A DNA stretch of 64,000 bases from Poseidonia sp. (lineage in GTDB: Archaea; Thermoplasmatota; Poseidoniia; Poseidoniales; Poseidoniaceae), in NCBI GenBank assembly GCA_965661285.1, contig CBFIDD010000005.1:75094-139093 (forward strand), in the 5' to 3' direction. The notes beneath the pieces are model-generated. The model did no database searches. It was given only the letters and a program-made list of their open reading frames with translations, and was not told where the DNA came from. Below, one piece after another: positions 1-11,015 of this stretch. Within the stretch, counting starts at the first letter, position 1; every line of letters begins with the position of its first letter. The position numbers and the translations under genes are program-made.

Positions 1-3000
1 GTCCGAACGGTGGCGAAATCTTCCCCCATCGTCCGTCGGTGTATTCAGCCACCACGACACTGTAGTAGTCCGTTCCGTCCTTGAGCGGAACGCCGTTGGC
101 TGTTTCAATGTCGGCTCCTAGACGGCTGTGAAGCGAAATGGCCTTGTCTGGCGTTTGGCCGAGCAGGTCAAGTTCCGTCGGGGCTGTCGCCCACGGACCC
201 TCGTTGAGGAAGACGAGGTAGCGAGCGAAGTCCTCATCGTGAACCAACGACCACGAAGCGCTTAACACGCTTCCACCGTCGTCCGGGCGGTCTTCTAGGC
301 CCACCATGGTGACGGGCGTATCGCTGCGAACGTAATCGTAGGTCAATCGGGCTTCGAGCGAACCGTTTGCAGGTGAAAACAGGCGAAGGGTAACGTGTCG
401 GGTGTTGTTGTACAGCATCCCGTTGTCCACGGCATCTTGGAGGTTGAGCGAGAGTGATGGGTCTTGGCTGAGATTCAGGAGTACATCGTATTCCAACGCC
501 ACCGATTTGGCCCAAACCGCTGCTCCGGTGACCGGGGAGGTCAACACAACCGGGACGTTTTGGAACAAAAGGCCGTGAATTCCCGGCGTTCCTACCGTAT
601 TGTCAAGGCTGTAGGCGCCGTTAGGGTCGGCGAGGTCAAGGGACATGCCAGGATGGGTCATGGCGGTGATGTCCAGACCGCCGTTGTTGAGGGTCCGGAC
701 GGTCAGCGGTGAGGCTCGACGCATTGAGGTGGCGTCCACGGGCGCAAACTGGCCTGTTCGGTCCCACCCCTGAAGACCTTCTTCTGTGATGGCCCAGATG
801 TGGTTAGCCCCCAACGTCCCCATGTCAGCCTCCATGGCGCTGAGGAAGGTCGTGACAGAATGTGCGCTCGAACGAGCCTCGGAGAGCATGATGTTGTTTT
901 GAGAGCCAACGGAAAGGACGTCCTCTCCATCGCTCATCATGTGGATAACAGGATATTGAATTTGGAAGGAAGATGTACCGTCCTCGAAATCACCGCTCGA
1001 AGCGTTCCAGTGGGTCAACGGACCCACATCGGTGGCCATGTGGATACCCCACCAGTCAGCCGCCAGAGCCGTCACGGTGTTCGAAGGCAACTGGTCGAAG
1101 CGATGGGTGGAACTGACCTGGAGAGAGCTGGGGTCGACCAGCGACACACCGGGGCGGTCGGTTGCACTGCGTCCGTCATGTCCGACGATGAGCGTGGAGG
1201 CGCCGAGGTTGTTCGTGGTGACGGCGAGTCCCCATGCCGATTGGCCCATCAAACCGTTCGCTTTGGTCAGCGTTGTACCGCTCTGGGTGGATGGGTCCCA
1301 GACAAAGAGACCCGAAGGCGTTGCCATGTAGACGGTTGAACCGATGACCACAACATCTTCCACGACGTTGGTGGGGAGTCCGTTGGAGGCGGTGATGGAA
1401 TCCATCCAGTCGTTGGTGCTGTAGTTCCAACGTCCCACGCCACCGTCGGTGGCGATGTAGAGCACGCCCGTGCTGTCGGCAAAGCCGTTGACGATGTTTG
1501 ACGGCAGGCCGGCGATGAGGCGTCCGTTCCCGAACTGGTCGGTGTTCGGATTGAACATCTGTACGCCGGGTGGGCTTCCACCATCACCGGCAAGGCCAAT
1601 CACAACTTGACTGTTGTAGGTGTGCATCGTGTCGAATTTTGTATGGAGTGATCCACCGATGCTGGAGATAAGCTTGGTCGTGGTGTCGAGTTTGAGCATG
1701 CCGCCGGGAGAAGAAGCGATGTACAAATCCGTGCCGTGAAGATGAAGGTCGCTGGCCACCGTGTTGCCAGGGAGGGTCCAGCCGTATTGCCATTCAACCG
1801 TTCCGTTGGGCAGGAAGGTCCCCTGGAGCAAGCCGGTTCCGGTGCCGCCAAAGTTTCCTGTGGTGGCCGATGTTCCGGTTGAAACCCACAGGTGCGTGGC
1901 GTTGGCCACCATCGTGGGCACTTGGCCGCTGACCAGTCCCGGTAGGTCGACGACCGTTTGCCGTCCTGAAGACGAAAGGGTGGCGACTTCGCTGTAGCCG
2001 GAAGAGCCACCGGCTCGCCCGATGAGCCACTCGGACGAACCACTGAGCCACTGCAAGGATGTCACAGGGGAACCTGCACCTTGGATTTGCGCTTGGAGGG
2101 CCGTGGCACCGCTGGCCACCAAGGTTGAGTATCCTCCTGCGATGAGGTTTGAGCCCGAGTTTCCAACGGCATGGCCGACGATGAGTTGTGTGCCCGAGTG
2201 TGAGAGGGCGTCGTACCACACGCGGTCGCTGGGAAGGTTGTGGCTTGATGTGGTGAGACTGGAGAGGAAGGCCGACGTTGTGTAGCTGTAGCGGCTGATG
2301 GGTTGGTTGTCGGCGTAGTAGCCGATGTAGAGCGTGTCTTGGTTGTCGCAGGTGACCGAGGCCGGGCCGAACCCGTCAAGTTGACTGCGGTCAAAGCCTG
2401 CATTCACCGTGGCGTTTTGCAGGTCGATGCGGGCAATACCGCCGTTGTTGTTGTACATGGCGATGTTGAGCATGCCGCCGCACATCTCCATGGAAATGGG
2501 GTAGCCGTCGGGGATGTTGTTGTTGGAATCGGCAGGGTAAGCCGTCCACGCACCGGCACCGTTGCGGTGCGAGATGATGCCTTCGTTGAACTGCCCAAAT
2601 CTGTTGAAATCCGCACCGCCAACCACCAAGTGCGTGCCGTCGGTCCACAATTCGTAAAAGATATCGCCGGCGTTGCTGGGCAGCCCGTTTCCGGCCTCCC
2701 ACGTGGTGTTCCACGTGTTGGTGTTCTCGTTGTACCGTTCCACGCCGTCCTCGGTCGCAAAGAGCGTCTCGCCGTTGTGCTCCACGATGCCCCGTATAGG
2801 GAAGCCAAGGTTGGTCCACGAATTCACGAGGTTTTGGCTGCTGTCGTAAAGTTCCAGTTTCAACTCGCCCCACGAAACCCACGTGTTGCCGTTCGTGGAT
2901 TCATACGCCGTAACACGGTCGATGGAACCCGTTGGCAGAATGTTCCCTTCCCACGAGGAGTTGGTGGTGTTCCATCGGGCGATACCGCCAGAACCGTCGC

Positions 3001-6000
3001 TGTTCCACCACTGGCCGGACACCACGCTCACCATGAGCGTATCACCCGACAATTCCATGCTGACGATGTCGCCGCCGTTCTGACCGACCTGGGCGCCGAT
3101 GTCGAGGTTGGTCAAGGCAGTCAGATTGGCCACGTCGAGCCGGCTGACTTCATCGCTCTGGTCGCCCGCATGGTAGTACAGGATGTTGTTGTGAATCATC
3201 ATGTCTCGTGGGGCGCCGTTGGCGTTGTACAGGCTGCTGGAACGCTCGATATCGTAAGCCTCGCCCCCAGTTGTGACATTGATGAGTTGGAACCCATCAT
3301 CACCACCCACCCACAGAAGGTTGGGGCGGATGTCAGCCACCAGTCCGGTGACATCGTCGTTGCCGCCGTCGAGCACACCGTTGTCTTCGGTGAAGGGTGT
3401 GAGCCACTGGTTGTTGGTGATGTCGTAGCGCAAGACGCCGAGGCCCTCGGTGCCGATGTAAGCGATATTACCCATGATTTCGACCACGGCGTTGCCCGTT
3501 TGGGTGCCCTGGCCCCAATTCTCATCGTGTTGGAAATTGGATTTCGTGATGAGACCCACACCCGAATTGGTGCCGCCGTACACGTAGGTGCTGTCGAAGC
3601 CCACGCTGTAGGTGGCCCAGTTGGGCATGCCGTCGTAGACGTTCTGACAGTCGTCAATGCTCATGGTGGCGATGCTGTATTTGCAGACGCCGATGTTGGT
3701 GCCGGCGTAGAGGCTGCCACTTCCAGTACTGAATTCAACAGCGAAGTCGAAGAATTGCTGGGGGCGTGTTTGCCAGGAAGAGCCCTGGCCGAAACCGGTC
3801 ATCTGGTTGCCGTCCCACTTGCGTGCGCCCTGTTGCGTGCCGATGTAGAGGTTGGTCCCGTCGGTGTCCAAGGCGTAAATTTGGTCGGAGGGAAGTTGTC
3901 CACCGCGGTTACTTGCGATCAACGGCGAGAGAATCTCACCGGTGCTGAGGTCCTTTCGCACGACGCCAAAGCCCTGCAGGCCGAGGTGGAGGATGTCGCC
4001 GACCATGGCGACGGGCGCATTGTTGACACCGTTGATGCCGGTGGACCCCCATGGTTCAAGCCAAGTGTCGTTGATGATGTCGTACCGGAGCAGACCTTTG
4101 TCTTCGGTGGCCATGTAGGCGATGTCGTCAAAAAGCGCCACATCACCGACAAAGGAGGTCGGCAGGCCGTTGGTCGAGTCGTAGGCGGTGCAGCCGACGT
4201 TCGCTCGGTCAAAGTGGACGAACACGCCTGTTTCCAGCGACATCACAACGTTGTCATCGTTGACGGCGATGCCGAGAATATCGGCCGATGAGGGATAGCA
4301 CCCTGAGGTTCCGTCGTATGTTTGGATGGTGTTCCCGTTGCCGTCCAGTTCTTCCACAGTCGGGCTCCCTTCCATCGCGACGAACAGCGACGAAGTTCCT
4401 TGTTGCGGGTTTGTTGCGGCAACCAAGTCCACCACGTTGTCGCTCAAACTCCAAGGCGTCAACCACGCAGCATCGCCAATATCGTAGCGAAGTAACTGCA
4501 TCGAATTGTCGCCCGTTCCCACGTAGAGGATGCTGTCCACTTCCACCAGCGCCGTCATGTCGTTGGTCGATGGTGCGCTGGCGAGACGGATGTTTCCTTC
4601 CACAAAGGTCGCTTGATTGGGCGAGAGGTGAATCAAATTGCCGCTCCCATCGTCAACCAAAACGGCGTCAACCGCAGGGGATGCACCGCCGCTGGAGGGC
4701 CACTGCAACAGCGACGCGCCGTCGTTGGCAAGGCCCAGCGTCACAAGGTCGTACGTGGTGGAGAACACCCCGCTGCTGGTGTTGTAGGTGTGGAGCGAAT
4801 CGCCGCTGAGGATGAGCAAGGACGGGCCCACACGAGCCAACCCTGCGATGACATCGCTGGCCAACCAATTCCCAGCGTTCCACGTCGAGAGCCAAAAGCC
4901 GGCGACGTAATCAAAGCGCGCCAGCCCGTTGTCCGGGGACCCAAAGAGGAGTTGATTTCCGGAGGTGGCCATGTGGGTGATGCTGTCGGAATGAAGGTTG
5001 TTCGCCGAGCTCCAGGTGGAGAGTGCGCTTCCGGTGTTGGTGTCGTATCGCAGGACGCCCGCCCCTTCAAACGCAGCGTAGACGATCCCGTTGACTTCAA
5101 TCATGGAGAGAGGTGATGAAGATGTCGAGGCACCGAGGGATGAAACAGCATTCCATGCTGCACCGTCCCACTTTGAAAGGCCCACATCATTCGCTGCGAA
5201 CACTTCGCCACCGCTCGTCATCAGGAAGCGCTCGTGGTCACCATCGGCCAGCGGTGTGACGAAACTGCTGTCGGTGGTCTGGAGGGCGCGGAAGGTGCCG
5301 TCGCCCATCAAGAGGTGAAGGATGTCGGTGCTGTCATCCATGACCATGTCGAGCACGCCGCCCTCGGTGGTGTAGTCGTAGACGTCGATGATGTTCGGGT
5401 CGTTGCTGGCATGGAGGACGAAGAGGTGGTCGTTGACAGCGAGGTAGAGAAGGCCAGAATCCGGGTTGGTAACGTGGTCTCGTATCTCAACATCAAGCGG
5501 CGTGAGGGAGACGATCGGGTCGGCAGGAGCAAGAGCTTCAATGACCATCTTGGTGATTTCAGCGTCGGATGGCAAATCCCAGCCGGCACCTGAATTGCTG
5601 TTGGGGTTGAGCCGCCCCGTGTAGGTGTTGCCGGTGCTGAACGCATTTGCTTCTCCAAGTACGCCCAGCCCGCGCCAGTCAAACAACGATGTTCCAAGTC
5701 CATCAACGACGAGTTGTGGCTCCTGAATGGTCGTACCGTCTTGACCGCTGGCGCGAATTTCTAACGTGATGTTGGATAATTCTGCTCCGGGTGCGAACGC
5801 CAATTCCCAGTCAGCGCTCGCTCGTTGACCGGTTTCAGGAACCGCTCCGACGGCATCGAGGGTGACCCATCCCGTGTCGTTACTTCCTTCCAGTGGCCAT
5901 GTTACGCCGCTTGGTTCGGCGTGTGCAGAAACCATGGGCGTCGTGAGCAGAGGACCCATCGACATGAGCACCATCAGGGCTACCATCGAGAGCGCTCGTT

Positions 6001-6043
6001 GACGATGGGCACCGACCTCGTTGGCATGCGCCCTGTGATTCAT
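1..6043 (-). CDS. Giant secreted beta-propeller repeat protein (Reg_prop/two-component-regulator-propeller-like blades, FN3-like region towards C-terminus); 3' end outside window, >2000 aa
   Basis: Hand translation from ATG at 6043: MNHRAHANEVGAHRQRALSMVALMVLMSMGPLLTTPMVSAHA (signal peptide), then recurring blades such as STWSSANNLHSDSITHM and STWNAGNWLASDVIAGL. The same frame is still open at position 2 (DYYSVVVAEYTDGRWGKISPPFG). Absent from the ORF track because there is no stop in the window. Confidence 0.85.
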   Translation of the reverse strand, partial: MNHRAHANEVGAHRQRALSMVALMVLMSMGPLLTTPMVSAHAEPSGVTWPLEGSNDTGWVTLDAVGAVPETGQRASADWELAFAPGAELSNITLEIRASGQDGTTIQEPQLVVDGLGTSLFDWRGLGVLGEANAFSTGNTYTGRLNPNSNSGAGWDLPSDAEITKMVIEALAPADPIVSLTPLDVEIRDHVTNPDSGLLYLAVNDHLFVLHASNDPNIIDVYDYTTEGGVLDMVMDDSTDILHLLMGDGTFRALQTTDSSFVTPLADGDHERFLMTSGGEVFAANDVGLSKWDGAAWNAVSSLGASTSSSPLSMIEVNGIVYAAFEGAGVLRYDTNTGSALSTWSSANNLHSDSITHMATSGNQLLFGSPDNGLARFDYVAGFWLSTWNAGNWLASDVIAGLARVGPSLLILSGDSLHTYNTSSGVFSTTYDLVTLGLANDGASLLQWPSSGGASPAVDAVLVDDGSGNLIHLSPNQATFVEGNIRLASAPSTNDMTALVEVDSILYVGTGDNSMQLLRYDIGDAAWLTPWSLSDNVVDLVAATNPQQGTSSLFVAMEGSPTVEELDGNGNTIQTYDGTSGCYPSSADILGIAVNDDNVVMSLETGVFVHFDRANVGCTAYDSTNGLPTSFVGDVALFDDIAYMATEDKGLLRYDIINDTWLEPWGSTGINGVNNAPVAMVGDILHLGLQGFGVVRKDLSTGEILSPLIASNRGGQLPSDQIYALDTDGTNLYIGTQQGARKWDGNQMTGFGQGSSWQTRPQQFFDFAVEFSTGSGSLYAGTNIGVCKYSIATMSIDDCQNVYDGMPNWATYSVGFDSTYVYGGTNSGVGLITKSNFQHDENWGQGTQTGNAVVEIMGNIAYIGTEGLGVLRYDITNNQWLTPFTEDNGVLDGGNDDVTGLVADIRPNLLWVGGDDGFQLINVTTGGEAYDIERSSSLYNANGAPRDMMIHNNILYYHAGDQSDEVSRLDVANLTALTNLDIGAQVGQNGGDIVSMELSGDTLMVSVVSGQWWNSDGSGGIARWNTTNSSWEGNILPTGSIDRVTAYESTNGNTWVSWGELKLELYDSSQNLVNSWTNLGFPIRGIVEHNGETLFATEDGVERYNENTNTWNTTWEAGNGLPSNAGDIFYELWTDGTHLVVGGADFNRFGQFNEGIISHRNGAGAWTAYPADSNNNIPDGYPISMEMCGGMLNIAMYNNNGGIARIDLQNATVNAGFDRSQLDGFGPASVTCDNQDTLYIGYYADNQPISRYSYTTSAFLSSLTTSSHNLPSDRVWYDALSHSGTQLIVGHAVGNSGSNLIAGGYSTLVASGATALQAQIQGAGSPVTSLQWLSGSSEWLIGRAGGSSGYSEVATLSSSGRQTVVDLPGLVSGQVPTMVANATHLWVSTGTSATTGNFGGTGTGLLQGTFLPNGTVEWQYGWTLPGNTVASDLHLHGTDLYIASSPGGMLKLDTTTKLISSIGGSLHTKFDTMHTYNSQVVIGLAGDGGSPPGVQMFNPNTDQFGNGRLIAGLPSNIVNGFADSTGVLYIATDGGVGRWNYSTNDWMDSITASNGLPTNVVEDVVVIGSTVYMATPSGLFVWDPSTQSGTTLTKANGLMGQSAWGLAVTTNNLGASTLIVGHDGRSATDRPGVSLVDPSSLQVSSTHRFDQLPSNTVTALAADWWGIHMATDVGPLTHWNASSGDFEDGTSSFQIQYPVIHMMSDGEDVLSVGSQNNIMLSEARSSAHSVTTFLSAMEADMGTLGANHIWAITEEGLQGWDRTGQFAPVDATSMRRASPLTVRTLNNGGLDITAMTHPGMSLDLADPNGAYSLDNTVGTPGIHGLLFQNVPVVLTSPVTGAAVWAKSVALEYDVLLNLSQDPSLSLNLQDAVDNGMLYNNTRHVTLRLFSPANGSLEARLTYDYVRSDTPVTMVGLEDRPDDGGSVLSASWSLVHDEDFARYLVFLNEGPWATAPTELDLLGQTPDKAISLHSRLGADIETANGVPLKDGTDYYSVVVAEYTDGRWGKISPPFG

Positions 6044-6261
6044 AGAAAGCCGTGCTTTTTCACTTATTTGAAGGAAAGCCTTCGCTGTCTGTACAATGCT
6101 CTTGAACAGGGGGGGAGAGGGTTGGCATACCTCGTGCTAATCTGTAATGGTTGAAATCTCACCACGGGGCGGTTTACGAGGCGGTTAAAACACCGTAGAA
6201 CGGGTCATCCTCTCGCACAACAATCAAACCCCGCCTTCTCGCCCTTTTTTTGGGGAAGCCC

Positions 6262-8586
6262 ATGTCCATGAGCCAAAAAGACCGGATGCTGCGCAAGGAA
6301 GCGCTTGAGTATCACGAGGCTGAGCCTCAAGGAAAAATCAAGGTCGTTCCGACCAAACCCCACGCTACGGCTCACGAATTGAGCCTGGCTTATTCCCCGG
6401 GTGTGGCTTACCCCTGTTTGGAAATTGAAAAACGCTCGGAAGACGCATACCGTTACACGTCAAAAGGCAACCTCGTCGCTGTTATTTCCAACGGCACCGC
6501 CGTGCTTGGCTTGGGTAATATCGGGGCCCTCGCCAGTAAACCGGTCATGGAAGGCAAGGGCCTCCTCCTGAAGACCTTCGCCGGTATTGATGTCTTTGAC
6601 ATCGAAGTGGACACCGAAGACCCTGAAGAATTCATCAACACCGTCGTCAACATATCAAAGACGTTTGGCGGCATCAACCTTGAGGATATCAAAGCCCCGG
6701 AATGCTTTGAGATCGAGCGCCGAATCGCGGAAGCCACCGACATTCCGGTCATGCACGACGACCAGCACGGGACGGCCATAATCTCCGCCGCCGCCCTGCT
6801 CAATGCCGCAGAATTGCAGGGCAAAGAACTGGCTGACCTCTCGGTGGTCGTCATCGGTGCTGGTGCATCCGCCATCGCTTGTGCCAATCACTACGTCGCC
6901 GTGGGCGTGAGCATGGGGAACATCACGCTGGTCGACAGTCAAGGCATCATCACCAAGGCTCGGTTGGATGCGGGTGAATTGAACGAGTACAAGGCACCGT
7001 TTGCACAAGACCGTCCCGCTGGAGACCTTGCAGACGCTCTCAAGGGCGCAGACGTCATGTTGGGGCTTTCCAAGGGCGGCTTGGTCACCAAGGACATGGT
7101 TGCCAGCATGGCTCAGAAACCCATCATCTTCGCACTGGCCAACCCGACACCCGAAATCCTACCTGAAGAGGTCCTCAAGGTCCGCGAGGATGCCATCATC
7201 GCAACCGGACGCTCGGACTACCCCAACCAGGTGAACAACGTGCTCGGCTTTCCTTACATCTTCCGAGGTGCCTTGGACGTTCGGGCGCGCGACATCACGC
7301 AGAACATGAAAATGGCCGCCACCCGAGCGCTCGCGGCTCTTGCCAAAGAGCCGGTGCCCGACTACATTTCTGCGGCGTACGACGGCGTGGTCATGCAGTA
7401 CGGCCCTGAGTACATCATTCCCAAACCGTTTGACCGCCGCGTCTTGATTTGGGAGGCTGCTGCCGTTGCCCAGGCTGCCGTCGATGAAGGCATCGCTGCG
7501 GTTTCAGCCGACGATTTTGACGTGAATCGATACAGAGAGGAACTCGAGGCTCGTTTGGGAGAATCCTACTCTGTCATGCGGCAGATGATCAATCAGGTCA
7601 AGGGCAAGGGCAAACGGATCGTGTTCCCTGAAGGCGACAAAGAATCGGTGTTGCGAGCTGCCGCTCAACTTGTGGAGCAAAACATCTGCCACCCCATCCT
7701 TCTCGGCCCCGTCGACCGCATCGACCGCATGGTTGAGGAATTGGGGTTGAACTTTGAATACGAAGCCTACGACCCTCGCTACGACGAACGCCGAAAAACG
7801 AAGTACGCCAACGCCTTCTTCAAGCGAAGACAGCGAAAAGGCACGACCTGGCCGGATGCTGCACGGCTGCTCAAGAGCCGCCCTTACTTCGCAGCGCAGA
7901 TGGTGAAGTCGGGTGATGCCGACGGCTTTGTCGGGGGCGTCAGTCGAAACTACGCCGACGTGCTGAGGCCAACCCTCGAACTTATTGGAAAAGCCGACGA
8001 TGCGCATTGCGTCATCGGTTGCTACATGATGAACATCAAAGGGCGCACCATCTTCCTGGCGGATGCGACGGTCAACGTCTACCCCGACAGTCGAACACTG
8101 GCTGAAATCGCAGTTCAAACCGCCAAAGTCGCACGCAGGTTCGGCGTGGCCCCGCGGGTCGCGATGCTTTCGTTCTCCAACTTTGGCTCGACCCGAGCCC
8201 AGCGGTCTGAACGCATCGAGGACGCCGTTGAGATGGCGCGAACCTTGGACCCGACCCTCATGATCGACGGTCCAATGCAAAGCGATACAGCGCTGAATCC
8301 GACCATCCAAGAGGAATACCCTTTCATGAAACTCGCCGGCCCGGCGAACGTGTTGATCCTGCCAAACCTCGCCTCGGCCAACATTGCCTACAAACTCCTC
8401 GAGGAACTTGGGGATGCAGAAATGACCGGCCCCATCCTCGAGGGCATGGCGCATCCCGTTCAACTCGTGGCTCGCCAAGACGGTGTTCGTCACATCGTCA
8501 ACATGGCCACGATTTGTACCGCCGATGCGATTCGAAAAGACACCTATTGGGCGACGCTCATCGAGGAAGACTCCACGTCATCGTAG
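6262..8586 (+). CDS. maeB: NADP-dependent malic enzyme with C-terminal phosphotransacetylase-like domain
   Basis: [65 protein letters not shown]; C-terminal RIVFPEG...[13 protein letters not shown]-like domain. Confidence 0.96.
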   Translation: MSMSQKDRMLRKEALEYHEAEPQGKIKVVPTKPHATAHELSLAYSPGVAYPCLEIEKRSEDAYRYTSKGNLVAVISNGTAVLGLGNIGALASKPVMEGKGLLLKTFAGIDVFDIEVDTEDPEEFINTVVNISKTFGGINLEDIKAPECFEIERRIAEATDIPVMHDDQHGTAIISAAALLNAAELQGKELADLSVVVIGAGASAIACANHYVAVGVSMGNITLVDSQGIITKARLDAGELNEYKAPFAQDRPAGDLADALKGADVMLGLSKGGLVTKDMVASMAQKPIIFALANPTPEILPEEVLKVREDAIIATGRSDYPNQVNNVLGFPYIFRGALDVRARDITQNMKMAATRALAALAKEPVPDYISAAYDGVVMQYGPEYIIPKPFDRRVLIWEAAAVAQAAVDEGIAAVSADDFDVNRYREELEARLGESYSVMRQMINQVKGKGKRIVFPEGDKESVLRAAAQLVEQNICHPILLGPVDRIDRMVEELGLNFEYEAYDPRYDERRKTKYANAFFKRRQRKGTTWPDAARLLKSRPYFAAQMVKSGDADGFVGGVSRNYADVLRPTLELIGKADDAHCVIGCYMMNIKGRTIFLADATVNVYPDSRTLAEIAVQTAKVARRFGVAPRVAMLSFSNFGSTRAQRSERIEDAVEMARTLDPTLMIDGPMQSDTALNPTIQEEYPFMKLAGPANVLILPNLASANIAYKLLEELGDAEMTGPILEGMAHPVQLVARQDGVRHIVNMATICTADAIRKDTYWATLIEEDSTSS

Positions 8587-9410
8587 CGCAGAATCGGTCG
8601 CCGAGGACGCCAAATCGCTCCGGTGAAGAATCCGGCGCACAACCCCCCAAACAGCAAGTTGACCCAACCTTCCGTCGCATAGTCGCCCATCCCTCTCAGC
8701 ACGGGAATCAGAAAGGAAGGAACGATGCCCAAGAGCGTCGTCCACACCAGTTCTGAGCGCACGTTCTTCCATCGGTCGGTGTGCTCGGGAACACGCTTGG
8801 GATCCTCTTTGCGTACCGGCGTGAGGGCCAACCTGACGACCACGTTGGGCAGCGGGCGGTCAAGCGGTACGCTGGTCATGGCGGTGATGGTGTCGTTGCG
8901 GGGATGAACGGCGATGGCGGCGGTTTGGGCTGACGCAGGGCCAAGGAGTTCGTTGGGCCGAGGACGTCCGTCCATCATCGCACCACGGTTGTTGGAGGTG
9001 GGTGCGTCGGCCAATCGCTCCGTGAGGCCGTTGTCGAGCATCAACACGCCTTGGGTCCGAGCAGCCTGCCACTCGGCTTGGGAAAGGGCTCGCAGTTCCC
9101 ATTCGCCCTCGAGCGGCTGGGTCGCTGAGGTGAACGCTGCGGTCCCCATGATGTGGTCGGCCAACTCGGCGAGTTCGAGGGAGGTGAGTTCTTCGGTCGG
9201 TCGACCGTTCTCGCCACTTTCCTCTTTCACGCCCATGGCGTTGGCGACTTCTCCAGCGGTCAGCGGGGAAGCCATGACGTAGAACATCGGTGTCTTCGCC
9301 TCGTAACAAGGGCGCTGGCTGGCGTAAACCCAACCGCCTTTGGTGGTGCCCATGACGGTGGTGGCTTGGCTGACGGGCGTGAACTCAAGACCGCTGAGGC
9401 TGATGGTCAC
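8544..9410 (-). CDS. Membrane-anchored protein with degenerate FGE-sulfatase (SUMF1)-like N-terminal domain
   Basis: VMGT...[20 protein letters not shown] and [12 protein letters not shown] resemble FGE-family motifs; two C-terminal hydrophobic helices. Confidence 0.55.
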   Translation of the reverse strand: MTISLSGLEFTPVSQATTVMGTTKGGWVYASQRPCYEAKTPMFYVMASPLTAGEVANAMGVKEESGENGRPTEELTSLELAELADHIMGTAAFTSATQPLEGEWELRALSQAEWQAARTQGVLMLDNGLTERLADAPTSNNRGAMMDGRPRPNELLGPASAQTAAIAVHPRNDTITAMTSVPLDRPLPNVVVRLALTPVRKEDPKRVPEHTDRWKNVRSELVWTTLLGIVPSFLIPVLRGMGDYATEGWVNLLFGGLCAGFFTGAIWRPRRPILRYDDVESSSMSVAQ

Positions 9411-9419
9411 GGCAACCCC

Positions 9420-10142
9420 TCAATTCAACGAAGCTTCCATCCGCTTGTACCAAGACATGCCGTTCACATGGTCGGTCAGTTGCTGAAATTGTGGGTAGGG
9501 CGATACCGAGCGCATGTAGCCAAAGGCGGCGAAGTCCACCAAGTCGGGCTCGTCACCTCCGAAGAAGGGTTGACCGTCATGGGCATCGGTGAACTCCGTG
9601 AGCAAATCATGCCAGAGCTGTTTGGGTTTCCGACCATCGTTCTTTACACGCTTTCTGGCGATGATGCCCCACATGATGGGGAAGCCTGCCCAGGCGTAAA
9701 GTCGCTTGGAAATGAAGCCAAAGTTTTCGATTTTGGAGATGCGCGTGGTGGTTTTGAGGGCGGAGCCGAGGCTGCCGTAGAGAATCGGGACGGTGGCTTT
9801 GGACATGTGGGTGTCAACCCAGGTCATCCAGGTATCTTGACGGGTTTTATCCCCACGAGCGGCCAATTTGCCTTCGTTGTATTTCTCGTCGATCGCCCGC
9901 ATGATGGGCGTGGAATCGACATGGTGTTGACCCGCTTCATCGGTAAAGACCGGCACCTTTCCCCAATCGCCTGCGAAGGCGACCTCCTTTTTGATGCGCA
10001 TGCCGTTGACCGGAATGTAATCGGTATCGACCTTGAGATGCTCGAGCACACCGCGCACTTTCCAACAGAAAGGGCACGAGTACAGCAGATGCAGGGCAGG
10101 GGTCTGGCCCATGATTCTCCCTGCGTGCGTGTCCTTCTTCAA
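9420..10142 (-). CDS. Glutathione S-transferase family protein, prostaglandin E synthase 2 (glutaredoxin-GST)-like
   Basis: LYSCPFCWKVR glutaredoxin motif, KVPV, VDSTPI, C-terminal PFFGGDEPDLVDFAAFG. Start may be ATG 10112. Confidence 0.85.
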   Translation of the reverse strand: MKKDTHAGRIMGQTPALHLLYSCPFCWKVRGVLEHLKVDTDYIPVNGMRIKKEVAFAGDWGKVPVFTDEAGQHHVDSTPIMRAIDEKYNEGKLAARGDKTRQDTWMTWVDTHMSKATVPILYGSLGSALKTTTRISKIENFGFISKRLYAWAGFPIMWGIIARKRVKNDGRKPKQLWHDLLTEFTDAHDGQPFFGGDEPDLVDFAAFGYMRSVSPYPQFQQLTDHVNGMSWYKRMEASLN

Positions 10143-10504
10143 GGCTCGTTCTCTTCATCCATGCCGGGTTTCCAGCCTGCTTTCCAAAAGTTGAGGTCGT
10201 CCAGCCACCCTATCCATTCTTTGTCGGTGCAGTTGAGCAAGCGGAAGGCACGCCCTTCGAGTCCCTCGCGAAGCGACGGCGACATGTCGCCTCTGTCCAT
10301 GGCTTCCTTCCATTCAACTTGCATGTGTCTGATTTGACGTCGCGCCTCTTCGGGCTGGTCGAAATTCATCTCGCACGTATCGCGCAGTTCGGCGAGCCAC
10401 GTACGCGTGTCTTTCAAAATGGGGTCGTTGTTGTTGGAGGCCTGTTTTGCCTTTTTCCCAAACGGCCACCAGCCCATGCCCCGTTGTAGGCGGTTTTGGT
10501 TCAT
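10139..10504 (-). CDS. Hypothetical protein (Trp-rich, helical)
   Basis: 121-aa ORF with natural composition; its stop overlaps the GST start; divergent from rlmH. Confidence 0.7.
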   Translation of the reverse strand: MNQNRLQRGMGWWPFGKKAKQASNNNDPILKDTRTWLAELRDTCEMNFDQPEEARRQIRHMQVEWKEAMDRGDMSPSLREGLEGRAFRLLNCTDKEWIGWLDDLNFWKAGWKPGMDEENEP

Positions 10505-10556
10505 GGTCTTGTTTATCCGTCAACGGGTTCAAGTGGCGGCTTCGCAAGAGCGGTTC

Positions 10557-10991
10557 ATGGGCCGTCTGACCGTTCACACGCACGGCGTCCCCAAAGAAAA
10601 GGCGATGAAACATCTCGTTGAGATGTACGCTGAGCGTCTCAAAGGACGCGGGATGTCCGTGCAGCACCATCCTTCCAAATTGGATGCAACCGCCTATGTT
10701 GACCGTCTTCTGGCCATACGAGGGCGCCTCATTTTGCTCGATGAAGATGGTCTGCAAGAATCCTCCACCGCCTTCGCCGCTCGCTGTGAACGATGGCAGT
10801 TGGGCAGCGATGACGTGCATCTTGCGTTGGGGCCTGCTGAGGGATGGCCATCTCGCAGCGACCTGGACGATACGGAGCGGCTTTCCCTCTCGTCAATGAC
10901 CTTTCCTCACGAACTGGCGGCGGTGATGTTGGTTGAGCAACTCTACCGGGCGAGCGAGATAAAACGTGGCTCTGGCTATCACAAAGCATGA
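10557..10991 (+). CDS. rlmH: 23S rRNA (pseudouridine1915-N3)-methyltransferase RlmH (SPOUT)
   Basis: LILLDEDG, LALGPAEG, LSLSSMTFPHELAAVMLVEQLYRASEIKRGSGYHK signature; start refined to ATG 10557. Confidence 0.9.
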   Translation: MGRLTVHTHGVPKEKAMKHLVEMYAERLKGRGMSVQHHPSKLDATAYVDRLLAIRGRLILLDEDGLQESSTAFAARCERWQLGSDDVHLALGPAEGWPSRSDLDDTERLSLSSMTFPHELAAVMLVEQLYRASEIKRGSGYHKA

Positions 10992-11015
10992 TATTACTCG
11001 GCGAGCAGGCCTTGG

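Noticed and set aside
234-6154. Many track ORFs including 2303-4291 (+, 662 aa)
   Set aside because: Antisense or off-frame shadows of the giant minus-strand gene; composition is typical of reverse-frame reads in GC-rich DNA.
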